In this document: positions 44,282 through 56,294 of the stretch, piece by piece
Layout: the number at the start of each line of letters is the position of its first letter
How positions within the stretch are numbered: the stretch's first letter is position 1
Assembly (NCBI RefSeq): GCF_016433145.1
Contig: NC_058133.1
Coordinates: 251,235,442-251,299,441, forward strand
DNA length: 64,000 nt
Source: Gracilinanus agilis
Taxonomy: Eukaryota
Reading direction: 5' to 3'
Position numbers and translations under genes: made by a program
The notes under the pieces: generated by a model
Database searches by the model: none
What the model was told of the DNA's origin: nothing
The model's input: only the letters and a program-made list of their open reading frames with translations

Positions 44282-47200
44282 ATGGAGTTTGTATCTGGTT
44301 ATCGGGATGAGTTCTTAGACTTTGCTGCCCTTCTATTTGGCTGGTTCCGAAAGTTTGCCTCAGAGCGTGGGACTGGGGTTGGTGGGGGGAATGGGCCTGA
44401 GGGTCGATCAAGGTTGATGGAGGCCCAGGTGAGAAGATTACCCCCGGACCCTGCCCTCTGGGTCCTTCACATCTTGCCCAACCGTAGTGTGGGGATCAGT
44501 TTGGGGCAAGGTGCTAAGCAGGGACCTGGACCAGGCCTGGGAGCTGCTCGTCTCTTGGGAGATGAGCCCCCTCTCTGTCTCAGAGACCTCAGCCCCTATG
44601 TCAGCTTTGTTAGCCTTGAAGATGGGGAGGAAGAAGAGGATGGGGAGGAGGAGGGCACAGGTGAAGAGGAAGGGGAACTGGAGGAGGAAGGAGAGCAGGC
44701 CACCACCAGTCGGGAGCCTACTCAGGATGCTGAGACACCTGGGGAACCAGAAGATGCTGAGGAAGAGGCAGGAGGAGAGGACAGTAGCGGAGGGGACACC
44801 AGAGAGGATGGAGGAGAGGAGGAAATGGGGCCAGAGAAGAGAAGGGGAAAGAGAGGTGGTAAGAGGCCCAAACACAATCTTACTCCTAGTTTTGACCCAA
44901 CTCTTCCCTCTTTACCAAGTGTAACTCTATTCCCATCCTTGCTCTATCTGGCACTCTGCCAACATTTCCCTGCTATGTTTTTGACCAGAACCATTTTTAG
45001 GACAGGACTTTTCCCTAGGCATTGTCAGCAGAGGAAGCACTTCTTTCCAGTTGTGGTAGAGTCCATTGGTCTTTGTATGTTAAGCTTCATAGTCTACCAG
45101 CTTATGCCCCTCTGTTGGAGATGGTGGGAAGAAAGGTCAAGGAGAGGAGTGCATGGAAGTTAGATTACTTGATTAGAGATTACTTGACTAGAATGTCTGA
45201 AGAAAAACTTAATATTTTATACTACATTGAAGCACAAGGCTGCCCTTGGACATTTCTATCACAAGGCATTCTAAGGTGTAGAGAGCCAATTAGAGAAATA
45301 GAGTCAGGATAGAGTCTGTTATCTGGATACCCTACGTGACCAATCCAGGCTGAGGTAGTCTTTGTGTTTGTTCCTGGTCACCTGAACCATGAAAAGCTCC
45401 GGTACCAGCAGGTTGGTTAATCCAAAAACAACTTGACCCCTCCAAGAGGCTATTGGGAGTCATTTAGAGAAATAGAATCTGTAATAGATATTTTTATTTG
45501 GATCCCATTACAAAATCATTGGCAAGTAAAACTGTATGATTTTTTTCTGCACTGCATGTCAGGTAGCAGACAGAATGGGTCATCTAAGGTAAAAATCTGA
45601 GATTCCTCTTTTGACTCCTTTTCAGATCCCCACCTTTTCTCAATATTCTTATTGGGAAGCTTTGAGTCCTTAAGCAGACCAGCAGCTACTGAGTTAGCCA
45701 TTTTTCTCCTTGATAATTAAAAAGCCTGAACTCCAAAAAATATATTACTTAGATAAGGCCAGAGATAGACAAGCTAGACAAGACTTTATCTGACCAGGTG
45801 CAGTCCTGTAAATCAGGAAGAAAGGACTCAGTTAGTAAAAATCTCCATGAAATATATTTCTGCTCCCAGAATTAACCCTCTACTAATTGGTGGTTGGAAT
45901 TTGGCCCTTGACCCTGTACCTATCTCTCTACTTTTAGACTTCAATGGGTTTTGTATGATTTGTAATCCCTTCACAGCTGTGATTCTTTCTCTGTGTTCTT
46001 TGTTTGAAACCAGTATATAAATAAACTCTAAACTCCATAGCAGTTGGAGCAGCTATGGGCTAACCACTAGTCTGGCTGTTTCTGTTTCCTGTCTTTTCAA
46101 TCTGACGCCATTAAACGCCACTCAAGACCCCCAAAAATATAGAGCTGGCTCTCTATACTAAGGCAACATTTCTAGGAATCTTGAATGAGTAATATTTCAC
46201 AATATGATAAAAGAGTTAAACAAAATAGAATTAACACTTTACATCATCAGATAGAAAAATAGTCAATCTTTCAGGCAAGTTCCAAAAACTAAATCTCTTT
46301 CCTTGAGAACTCTCCCCTCTGCTGGTCCCAGATGACCTGAAGCGAACATAAAGAACTCTTCCTTTGCATTGATTCTCTTATCCCTTTTGGTATAAAAGGG
46401 ACCTAGGGAATTGTCCTTACCTGAATCATTACTCACTGATTTCTACTAGATCTGAGGTATTTCTGCTTCTAAATGGGAGCTGCCCATCTCTTGGGAGATG
46501 AGTCCATTTTTCTCCCATTTCCTTAGTCCTTGAGTTTTCTTTCTCTACCCTTTTCAAACCTTCCTAAAAGAAAAAGATTAGGTTTAAGAGAAAGTTCAGA
46601 ATGGTCTTTAGTGGAGGTCATTGTTTCCTGAGAAATTTAAGTAGTGATTAGTAGTAATACAATTTTCTTCTAGTAAATCTGAAAAGAACTAGATTGGAGA
46701 AATATTAATATTTTCAGAGAGGTTTTAATTCAAATTTACCCAATATATGGGAATTCTTAATTAAAACTCTGCTCCTTCTTCTCAGACTCCTCCTCTTCCC
46801 TGAACTTCTACCCCAGATCCACACAGTCTTCCTTTGTATATCAGCTCTCCTTGATCCCCAATCCCCCTTCCCTTTCATCTGACTTTTCCCTTCTCTTCTC
46901 CCAGATGCTGCTCCCCTACACCTGGCCTGCCTCCTTTTGGTGACAGATGAACATGGCACTATCCTGGGCATTGACCTGCTGATGGGTGGACCCCAAGGGA
47001 GTGGAGGTAGAGCCACTGGGGCTGAAGGCCTGGCCCAAAGAGCTTACACTCTCCTCTGCCACAGCATGGCTTGCCCCATGGGAGCTGGAGACCCCCGAAG
47101 ACCCCGACAACTCACAGTGGGAGATCCTCAGCTACACCGGTACAGAGATGTGGGTCCCAGAAGGGCATGGAGATTGGCACAGGATAGAGACAAGGGAGAC

Positions 47201-50200
47201 GTAGGGTCATAAATGCATTGCTATTAGAAGGGTATGAGGGGGCAGCTGGGTAGCTCAGTGGATTGAGAGTCAAGCCTAGAGATGGGAGGTCCTAGGTTCA
47301 AATCCAGCCTCAGACACTTCCCAGCTGTGTGACCCTGGGCAAGTCACTTGACCCCCATTGCCCACCCTTACCACTCTTCCACCTAAGAGCCAATACACAG
47401 AAGTTAAGGGTTTTTAAAAAAACATTTTTTTTAAATAAAAAAAAGAAGGGCATGAGAACTGGAGGGTGTATATTCCTATATCCCTAAAGAATAGAGGTGC
47501 TGGGAAGGGATCTTGAGACCTGAATGTCCTATGCCCCAGCTCCTGATGGTTATGGAGGATTGGGGATGGAAAGCTGAGTCTCCATGCTTGAGTTTTATAT
47601 CCCTATCCACCCAGGGAACTGGAAAGCTTGGTCCCCAGGCTTGGGGTAAAGCTGGCCAAAGCCCCAATGAGAACATGGGGTCCTCGTCCTGGCTTCACTT
47701 TTGCCTCACTCCGGGCTCGTGCTTGCCATGTATGCCACAGACACAGTTTTGAGGTGAAGCTGATGCCCTGGTAAGCAGCTGTCATGATTAGGAGTTAGAC
47801 ACTAAGGGTGGAGGAAGGCAGGGTTCTTGGGATATTTGCCCTGTCCTTTTCCATAACTGTTCTATTCTTGATCTCATCTCTGTCAGCCCACAGTGTGGTG
47901 CAGTCCTGTATTGTGGGGAAACCTGTGTTTGGGCTGACTGGCGCCGCAGACCAGATGATGTGAGCCATCGATTCTGGTGCCCAAGACTTGCAGCTTTCAT
48001 GGGGCGGGCTGGGGAGCTGGCAGCCTTGCCCTTCACCTATACTGCTGGTACCAGGGAGACCTGAGCCCCTCTGGGAGTCTGGGGACCAAGAACTAGGCTT
48101 TTAGAGAGTATTGGAGGGGGCAAGGAACTGGGATGGGAAAAGACACTGGGCTCCTAAGATAACATGATAGAGTTGGTGGGGAGAAGAAAGGGATATTTTG
48201 AGAGGGATATCTTGGATGGAATCTAGGGGACAAAACACTAGAGTCTAGGCTAGTATGTCAAAACTCTTTGGGGCCAGAAGGATAAATATCTGGGTCCTCA
48301 CTTCCTTCTCTACTTCATCAGAGGTAACAAGTGAGATGTTTAACAAGGAAGCATTCCTGGCCTCTCGAGGCCTCACCAGAGGATACTGGACTCAGCTCAG
48401 CATGCTACTTCCAGGTCCTGTTGCCCCAGGATACCCCCCAGGCAATGGACCTCCCCTCAGCCTCCTCCTCAGTGGTTAGTTGGCCATCCTGGGAAGCTTG
48501 GGGGGTGGGGTATGCTCTATTTGGCTCTTTAACCTCCACCCAAATCTCAAAGGCCATAGAAATGTGGGAGGGCATTATAGGAAAGAAATAGAGGGAGGGG
48601 CAGAGGATTTCTTCTACAACCGGGAACAAGCACTTATTAAGTTCTTATTAAGTTCCAGGCATTGTAAAAAGCAGCAAAAAGAAAGACAAGCCCCTGCCCT
48701 TAAGAAGCTTATGTACTAAAGGAAATAGATCACACAGAAAAAGGAGCTGAAGTGTAAAGGAGAGACATTTTAGAGAAAACTTTCAGCTCCCTCCAAATCC
48801 ACTTGATTCTTATGCCTGTACTTAAACAAGGGCCACCTGAGGCTGGATCATCCCATCCCCCAAATATCTCTGCAGCTAGCACCTCTCCTAGCCCAATAAC
48901 CCACACAAAAGAGTTTCTCTGCCTTAGACACTTCTTCCTCCTATCCCACATCCCCAGCTCCCAATAACTATCCAAATGCCTCTAAGAGTAATTTCAAATA
49001 AGCTCCTCTTCCTCCTCTCAAATCTAGAGACCCCAGCCCTGGGTTCTCCTTCCAGCAAGGGATAAAGAAGGGATAGACTAAAAAGGGATCCCTCCTCTAC
49101 CCCTACTTATCTCTTCTCTCAGGAGATCCTTATCAACTACTTCAAGGAGATGGGCCCCCTCTGATGCCTCCAGTGCCTCCTGACCCACCCCGAGGCCCTT
49201 TTGGTGAGGAGGAGAAATAGACACCATCATCTCTAAAGGAGTTGGGGAAGATGGGGAAGGCAGGAACTATAGCAACGGTCAGCAACCTTTTTGGCCATGA
49301 GAACCATAAACGCCTGCGGAAGGAGGAGGATGGAGGCGGAAGACACTGGAATATGGGGTGGGAGCTGAAGGGCCCCCTGGGGCACATCCTGGGGCTCTGC
49401 CTCAACGGTCCAGTCAGGAGGTGGACCCAGATATGGCTCGAGAGCCATACATTGCCGACCCCTGCCCTAGAGGCTAGAGGTCTCTCACTCTTGAGTTCCC
49501 AAGGACAATGAGTGAAGGGAGGAGGAGGGCCCAAGGCTGAAAGCCTACATCTCACAGTGAGACTTCATCTACCCATCTATTCACCCCTCCTCACCTCTCC
49601 ACCGCCACCAGGTTCCTGGCAGGATTACTATGCATGGCGTGGCTTGGGCCTGGACTCTCCCTTGGCTGTCCTCCTTACCTATCCACTGACTGTCTACTAT
49701 GTTATTACCCACCTGGTGCCCCAGTCTTGTAAGAAAGGAATTGAGAAGAGGGGCAGAATTGGGAGGAACACCAGACCAGGAAAACAGTGGAGGGGAGTGG
49801 GGTCATGTTGCTGTAAGAATAGAGGTCTGAGGGGCTGGAGATGGAGAAAGAATGGAAGGGGTTGAGGGATTATCAGTTTAATAAATTATTCCATTCCCTC
49901 CCCTTTCCCCATATACACCTAGTCCCAGAGCTGAACATCCAGAACAAACAATCACTGAAAATCCATGTGGTAGAAGCTGGGAAAGAGTTTGACCTCATCA
50001 TGGTGTTTTGGGTGAGGCCCAAGAAGAAAGCAGATGGGGTGGATGGGACTAGGTGGTTTCTGATTGTGGTAAATGGTACCTAAGGGAGGCTGAATTATTA
50101 GGGCCTTCAATGAAAGTAGGCTAAAACAACCAGATACCTCGTCTTAGAAAAGGGGGTGGGAAAACCCTTGTATCCTAGGGTCAGGTATGGAAGTTGAGGA

Positions 50201-52020
50201 GGCAAATAACCACCAAAGGAATTGTACTAGATGGAGATGGGAAAAGGACAAGTGTGTTGTGGTGGAGGGGGTGGAGAGTTCTGTGTTATTCCTCACCTTC
50301 CCACTCTTCTGTTTACCCAGGAGCTCTCTGTTCTGCTCCCTCACGTGGCCCTGGAGCTGCAATTTGTAGGTGGTGCTCTGCCTCCTGAAAATGACCAGCA
50401 ACATTTTACCCTTCAGAGGGTATGAGGGTCTGGGGGTGAGAGTGTTAACCCTGCTTCTCTCAGTCCACATATAGCCTCTGCACCACCATAGTGCATAGTC
50501 ACATTGCGCTTCTTTCCCATAACCAATCTTTTCTCTCACTTTCATTTCTTCCTCACTTGACCCCTAACCAAAAGCCTTTGCCTCAAGCTTTCTTTCTCTT
50601 CTTCCACCAGGATGGATCAGGAGTGTCTGTCCGTCCAGGTTCCGGGGTGTCTGCCCGTCCAGGCTCAGGAGCTAAAGAGAAGGGAAGCCGTAGGGACCTA
50701 CAAATCAAAATTTCTGCTCGGCCCTACCATCTGCTTCAGGGACCCAAGCCTGACTTGGTGATTGGTGAGAAGCCTGAGATGCCTGTTGGAAGTGGTGGGG
50801 TGGGGTGAGGAGGAGAGAAGAGAGCTAGAGTGCTCCCTTCACTCTCTCCCTTCTGCCTCTTCCTCAGGATTTAACTCTGGCTTTGGTCTCAAGGACACCT
50901 GGTTGAGCTCTTTGCCTCGATTACAGGTGTGGAGGGTGGAAAAGAAGAGGTGGGAAGCACTATGGTAGATACTATTCCTTCCTTCTTTCTGTTACTGATC
51001 ACCCTTGCCCACCTTTTCACTCTTTGGATATATTTAGGTATTTCTAGATTTCTGAATCACCTAACATCTTCCTCTTTATCTTTATCTTCTTTTTTCTTGA
51101 GGGAGGAGATCTCTTAGTTCTCTCTCTCTCATACACACACACACACACACACCCCTCTACCTAAATCTATATATTTTTCCCCTCCTTTCTAATTCTCCAT
51201 CAAGGACTCCATCAAGTATGAGGTGCTTCTGTGTTCCTATCCTCTGTTTTTCTTTTTTTCCTATGGCAAGGATCTCTAAGGAGAGATATTCTCCATATGG
51301 GAAGGCTTAAAGGAGCCTCTAATAATGGATATTCTCCTCCAGTCCCTTAGAGTCCCTGCATTTTTCACGGAGAGTAGTGAGTACAGCTGTGTGATGGATG
51401 AACAGACCATGGCAGGGGCCACAGGAGGAGGGACCAGCCCCCCACAGCCCAACCCCTTTCGTTCACCCTTCCGACTCCGGGCAGCAGACAACTGCATGCC
51501 TTGGTGAGGGACTCTTCTGGTGCTTGGCACCCATCTCCCTTGATGAGGAATCCCTAAATCCCCTGCCCTTTACTTCCTCACTACTGCCTCCTTCATACTG
51601 CCCTATCATCACCCTGAATCTTCCATCCCTAGACTTAGACTTCTCACATTTCTTCATGACCCTTTCACAGTGCCCATTTCCTCCATCCCATGGTCCAGCC
51701 ATCCTCTGTGATGCTCTGCTCCACTCTTGCACACCCAGATTTCTGATTCTCATTTGTATTGAGGTCTCACTGCCTTCAGCCCTGTACCCTCTCATCCACA
51801 TACCCTTTGAAATCCTGTACCTGGCCCTAATACCACTTCTTCCCTTAGGTACTGTAATGCCTTCATCTTTCACTTGGTCTACAAGCCTCCTCAGGGGAGT
51901 GGGACCCGCCCTGCCCCTGGACCTGCCCCCCCTGTCCCAGCCCCCACAGTCCCTCTAGTCCCTGCCAGAAGGCGAAGAGGAGACAAGAGGCCAAGTCGTG
52001 GAGGCCGAAGGCGAAGGTGA
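44282..52020 (+). CDS. ZMYND15: Zinc finger MYND-type 15, 737 aa: exons 44282-44858, 46905-47139, 47615-47770, 47887-48047, 48322-48474, 49123-49203, 49612-49728, 49923-50011, 50321-50419, 50611-50764, 50868-50926, 51343-51503, 51849-52020
   Basis: The exons sum to 2214 bp. Translation starts MEFVSGYRDEFLDFAALLFGWFRKF; the MYND finger CHVCHRHSFEVKLMPCPQCGAVLYCGETC...HRFWC spans two exons; it ends ...RGDKRPSRGGRRRR*. All introns are GT-AG with consistent phases. Confidence 0.97.
44920..46170 (+). mobile_element. Probable LTR in ZMYND15 intron, sense orientation (boundaries approximate)
   Basis: TATATAA at 46014, ATTAAA at 46110 and a U5-like tail; TG/CA candidates at both ends. No TSD found. 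Confidence 0.45.
47238..47442 (+). mobile_element. Young SINE1_Mdo-type SINE
   Basis: Full length, TSD AGAAGGGYATGAG. Confidence 0.93.
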
Positions 52021-52114
52021 GAGTCAGAGATGGAATTATCACTTCCCATAAATTTTTTAAAAAGAAGAACCTTCAGGCAGAGGGGAAGGGATAGCTGGGG
52101 AAACAGGAAAGGTG

Positions 52115-52120
52115 AATAAA
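52115..52120 (+). terminator. Likely ZMYND15 polyadenylation signal
   Basis: First AATAAA, about 95 bp after the stop codon. Confidence 0.55.
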
Positions 52121-52379
52121 ATGACTGGTTTGAGAGGCAAATGAAACAATGTGAACTGGCCCACTCTGTACTCACTAGCTCTTCTAGGCAGCTAGACAGC
52201 CCAGTGGATAGAGTATTCAGGAAAAAGAGTTTAATTCCAGTCTCAGATACTTCTGAACAAATCACTTGATTGCTGTGCAATTCAGTTTCCTCAAGGTTGT
52301 TGTGAGATTCAAATTAGATATTTGTAAAGTGCTTAGGACAGTGCTTGGCACACAGTATACTCTTAATAAATGCATATTC

Positions 52380-52575
52380 TGGGGCAGCTAGATAGCACAG
52401 TGGATAGAGAGCCAGATCTGTAGTCAGGAGGACCTGGATTCAAATCTAGCCTCAGACACTTCCCTTAGCTGTGTGACCCTGAACAAGTCACTTAACCCTG
52501 ATCATCTAGCCCTTGCCTCACCTCTTTAGCATCCAGGGTAGGACAGAAGATAAGGGTTTAAAATAAATAAATAAA
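52380..52575 (+). mobile_element. SINE1-type SINE
   Basis: GGGGCAGCTAGATAGCACAGTGGATAG...GATAAGGGTTTAAAATAAATAAATAAA. Confidence 0.8.
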
Positions 52576-52994
52576 AATTCCTGTTCCCTTTTCCTTCCTT
52601 CCCTATGGAATTGATCAACTCAAATGTACACTGTCCTCTATCACTGATTCCTTGTCAACTTGTCCTACTTGGCTTATGTCTTTACCCTGACTTGCCCCTC
52701 CCTAACTTTTTCTCACTATCCCTTTCTACTCTTCACCCCAAAACTTCCCTATAGCAACCTGTATAGTCTGGTCCATTGCCTCCTCCTTCAATGAAGGGGT
52801 GGTCCTCCTGGACAAGACCAAACCCGATACTTGCACACTTGGTACTATCTCCTCCAGGAGCTTGTCCTGTCTATCAATCCCCTTATTTTTTTCATTTTCA
52901 GTGTCTTCTTATCTACTAGCTTGCTCTCTGCTGCCTACAAATATATCTGATACAAAACCAAAAGAAAACAAAAAAACTTTGTTAGCCCTTTAGT

Positions 52995-53212
52995 TGTTCA
53001 TTTGTTTCAGTTATGTCCAACTCTTTGTGACCCTATTTGGGGTTTTCTTGGCAAAGATACTGAAGTGGCTTGCCATTTCCTTCTCCAACTCATTTTATAG
53101 ATGAAGAAACTGAGGCAAATAGGGTTAAATGACTTTCCCAAGGTCACATAACTAGTGTCTGAGACTAGAGTTGAACTCAGGAAGATGTCTGCACTATGCC
53201 TCCTACCTGCTA
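52995..53212 (-). mobile_element. MAR1/RTE-tailed SINE (similar copies at about 54960-55170 and 60825-61068)
   Basis: GTTTCAGTTATGTCCAACTCTTTGTGACCC...GGCAAAGATACTGAAGTGGCTTGCCATTTCCTTCTCC. Confidence 0.8.
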
Positions 53213-54229
53213 TAGTTAGCTCTAAGGTTTATTGTTTCTAATGTAATTGTAGCAGGAGGGGGGGGGGACATAAGAACAGAAATCCAAAGTGTCTGTCTAT
53301 ACACCAGAAATTTTCAACACCAAGCAAACCTTAACCTAAACTGCTTCAGAGCAGAAGATACCCCCCAGGCAAAAACCATACCAACATCCCACATCTGTGG
53401 AAAAATGAACAATTTTCAGGCTTCTTTAGTTATAAGGCTTTCTGGGTTCAAAAGGAAAAGATCTTGGCTCTGACCTAAATATAAAAATATAGACTGGAAA
53501 ATTATTATTAAAAGCAAATGTTCTCTCTTTAATTGATTCTGCCCCTATCCAGCCTGCATTAAGAAAATCCTTCAATTCCTTTTGAGTCTGGCTTTGCTAC
53601 TTTCAATGCTATTCCATTTATGCCATCAAATTCTAGGTAAATTAGTAACTATCTGGTTTTTTTTTAATAGCAGTATTGTATACCACAGAAATGAAGTAAA
53701 CAAGTGAATAAAGCTCCAAATGACTACTTTAGTTGCCACTGAGAGAGGACAAATAGCTTTCTCTCTGCCTAAACACATATCCTTCCTCTCACTGGTTTGA
53801 AGGCGAAATAAAATAGGTAGTAAATAGTGAACACATAAACAGAAATCAGCTCCCCTGCTTCAAAGATGGAAGTGGGAGAAAAAGTGGTAGACTGAGTTTG
53901 TTCATCTCACCAACCCATGAGATGGATAGCTGCCCAATCTGTTCTCAGTTTCTTATTCTTTGTCTCTGTTCTCCTCTGCCAAATGAGCAATGATTATCAG
54001 CTATTACTCAGCTCCATGTCTAAATGGTCCTGAAAGGAGTTCTCCAGGCTGCCTTTCTATCATCTCCACATTGTCTCTACTCTGCTTTTTCATTTGCTCA
54101 CCACTTAATCTACAAGTCTCTTTAAGGTCAAAAGACACAGGAACTTTGAGAACTCTGGATAATGTCTTTCTACCTATGGTTTATATATAACATACACACA
54201 TACACATACATATACACACATATATATTT

Positions 54230-54598
54230 TTTTAATTTGGAAATTTTTTTTAATTTAGAATATTTTCCATGGTTACAAGATTTATGTCCTTTCCTTGCCC
54301 TCCCCTCACCCCACTTCCTATAGCCAATGCGCAGTTCCACTATCATTGATCAAGACCTATTTCCCTATTATTGATATTTACACTAGGGTGCTCATTTAGA
54401 GTCAATTTCCCCAGTCATATCCCCATCAACCCATGTGATCAGGCAGTTTTTCTTCTGTGTTTCTACTCCCAAAGTTCTTCCTCTGAATGTGGCTAGTGTT
54501 CTTTCTCATACATCCCTTTAGAGTTAACCCTGGGTCATTGCATCGCTGCTAGTAGAGAAGTTCATTACATTGAATTGTACCACAGTGTATCCGTCTCC
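54230..54598 (-). mobile_element. LINE-1 3'UTR fragment
   Basis: Reverse complement of the L1 3' end seen at 10700-11290 (T-rich tail, CCATGGTTAC, CTGCTAGTAGAGAAG). Confidence 0.85.
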
Positions 54599-54607
54599 AC
54601 ACACATA

Positions 54608-54792
54608 TTTTTTAAACCCTTACCTTCTCTCTCAAAATCAATAAGTATTGGTTCCAAGGCAGAAAAGCAATAAGGGCTAAAGGATTGGGGTTAAGTGATT
54701 TGCCCAGGGCTACATCTCAGAAGTGTCTGAGGTCATATTTGAACCCAGGACCTCCCTTCTCCATGCCTGACACTGAGCCACCCAGAGTTGCC
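54608..54792 (-). mobile_element. SINE1-type SINE
   Basis: TTTTTAAACCCTTACCTTC...GGGGTTAAGTGATTTGCCCAGGG. Confidence 0.8.
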
Positions 54793-55300
54793 TCTGGGCA
54801 TATACTTCCAGAGTTCTTTTGGTTATACTGAAAATATGCTAAATTTAAAGTCAGAGGAAGTAGCATCAAAATATATTTTAAAATAACAAAGATTATTAGC
54901 CTGACATTAATGGTAATCATCCCATTTAAATCAAATGTACATTATTACGTTCAGCAGATGTTGCTATTATTATGTCCAACTACCCTTAACCCCATGGAGT
55001 TTGCTTTTCTAGGAAAAGATACTGGAGTTGTTTGCCATTTTCCTCTCCAGTATGTTCTCATTTTGCAGATGAGGATCTAAGGCAAATAGGGGTTGTGCCC
55101 TTGCCCAGGATCACATAGCAAGTTTCCAAGGTCAGATTTGAACTCAAATCTTCCTGACTTCCAATCCACCAATAAAAAATTAACCAGCAATGAGAGTTAT
55201 TTTTTGGAAAGCTGGTTTTCTGGAAAGCTGATTTCTGGAAGACTTCCAAGGATTGGAAGTCTGATTGAACCTAGCTGGACTTAGTTGGGTTTGCCAAAAC

Positions 55301-55875
55301 TGTAAAAAGTAAAGGAAACAAAGGTTTAACTTTCTGAGCAAATCAATTTATTAAGCAATGAATGCATGCCAATTGCCCAACAAGTCAGGACCATGCCCCT
55401 TCCTTTAGCTTAGGGCTGTACCCTAAGATAGAATTAAAAACAATCAAGTGAAACTAAAAATTAATACATGAGATGATCTGATTTCTAATTGGATGTAAGA
55501 TGTCCCACTTCCCCCAAATAAAGGAACTTGGGAACAATACTTGATTGATCAGTATGGAGCTGGTTTTCAGATAAGACAAATAGGTTGCTTGAGGTGTACA
55601 ATTATGAGAACGTTTCTTAATCAATCTTTGGATCTCATTTTCTCGTCAACATAAAATAGGTCCTTGGTTAAGAGTCTCTAAGCAATAGAGTTGGTTTAGT
55701 TTTTCAGCCAGGCAGGGGTAGGTTCAAACAATGCAATAATGTTTTTTCCCAGTTCCCAAAATTGACTAAACTTTTCTAAATTTGGACTAGGCGCATAATT
55801 TAATGGAAAGGGAACTAAACTAGCTCCAGAAGTGAGTCACAAAATGGATTCACTGTGTTTAACTCGGTTCCTACA
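55301..55875 (-). mobile_element. Probable LTR
   Basis: On the minus strand it begins TGTAGGAACC, ends CTTTTTACA and has AATAAA about 45 nt from its 3' end. TSD not confirmed. Confidence 0.5.
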
Positions 55876-56294
55876 ATTCACCACTTGATGTCCTAATCTC
55901 AATTCCTTTGATTTCCAGCTAATAAGGATGAGGATGAATTTGAATTCAGATCCTCTGGACTTCAGGATCACACTATTCACTGTACTATCTAGCTGCCCCT
56001 ATAAGTAGGGTTTAAAAGTAAATAGTCATAAATCTAAAAAAAGCACATCATCAGTAATGTTAATAAGCTTATATCGTAATAAGCATGCATAAACATTGGC
56101 AGATAGGAAAATAAAGACTAGAACTGCCACAAGTAACAGTAGCTATAGTAAATGTATGACACTAGCACACTAGCAAATTAACATTTATGCTGAGAACATG
56201 AAGCTATTAACATTTGCAAATATGCAATTACTTGTAAGACACATTTCTCATATCATCCACCCCTCTAAAAGGTTCACCATCACTGCCCTAGAGT

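Noticed and set aside
44859-45163. ORF continuing about 100 codons past the ZMYND15 first coding exon (293 aa total)
   Set aside because: A strong donor GGTG|GTAAGA at 44858 gives the correct phase to the next exon; the extension runs into LTR-like intron sequence.
51463-52280. Antisense ORFs over ZMYND15 3' exons (136 and 129 aa) and the 186-aa alternative plus frame
   Set aside because: Shadow frames of GC-rich coding or pyrimidine-rich intron sequence with no independent support.
55200-55250. Three degenerate ~15-bp repeats TTTCTGGAAAGCTG
   Set aside because: Short slippage-type repeat next to an LTR; no spacers or other structure.
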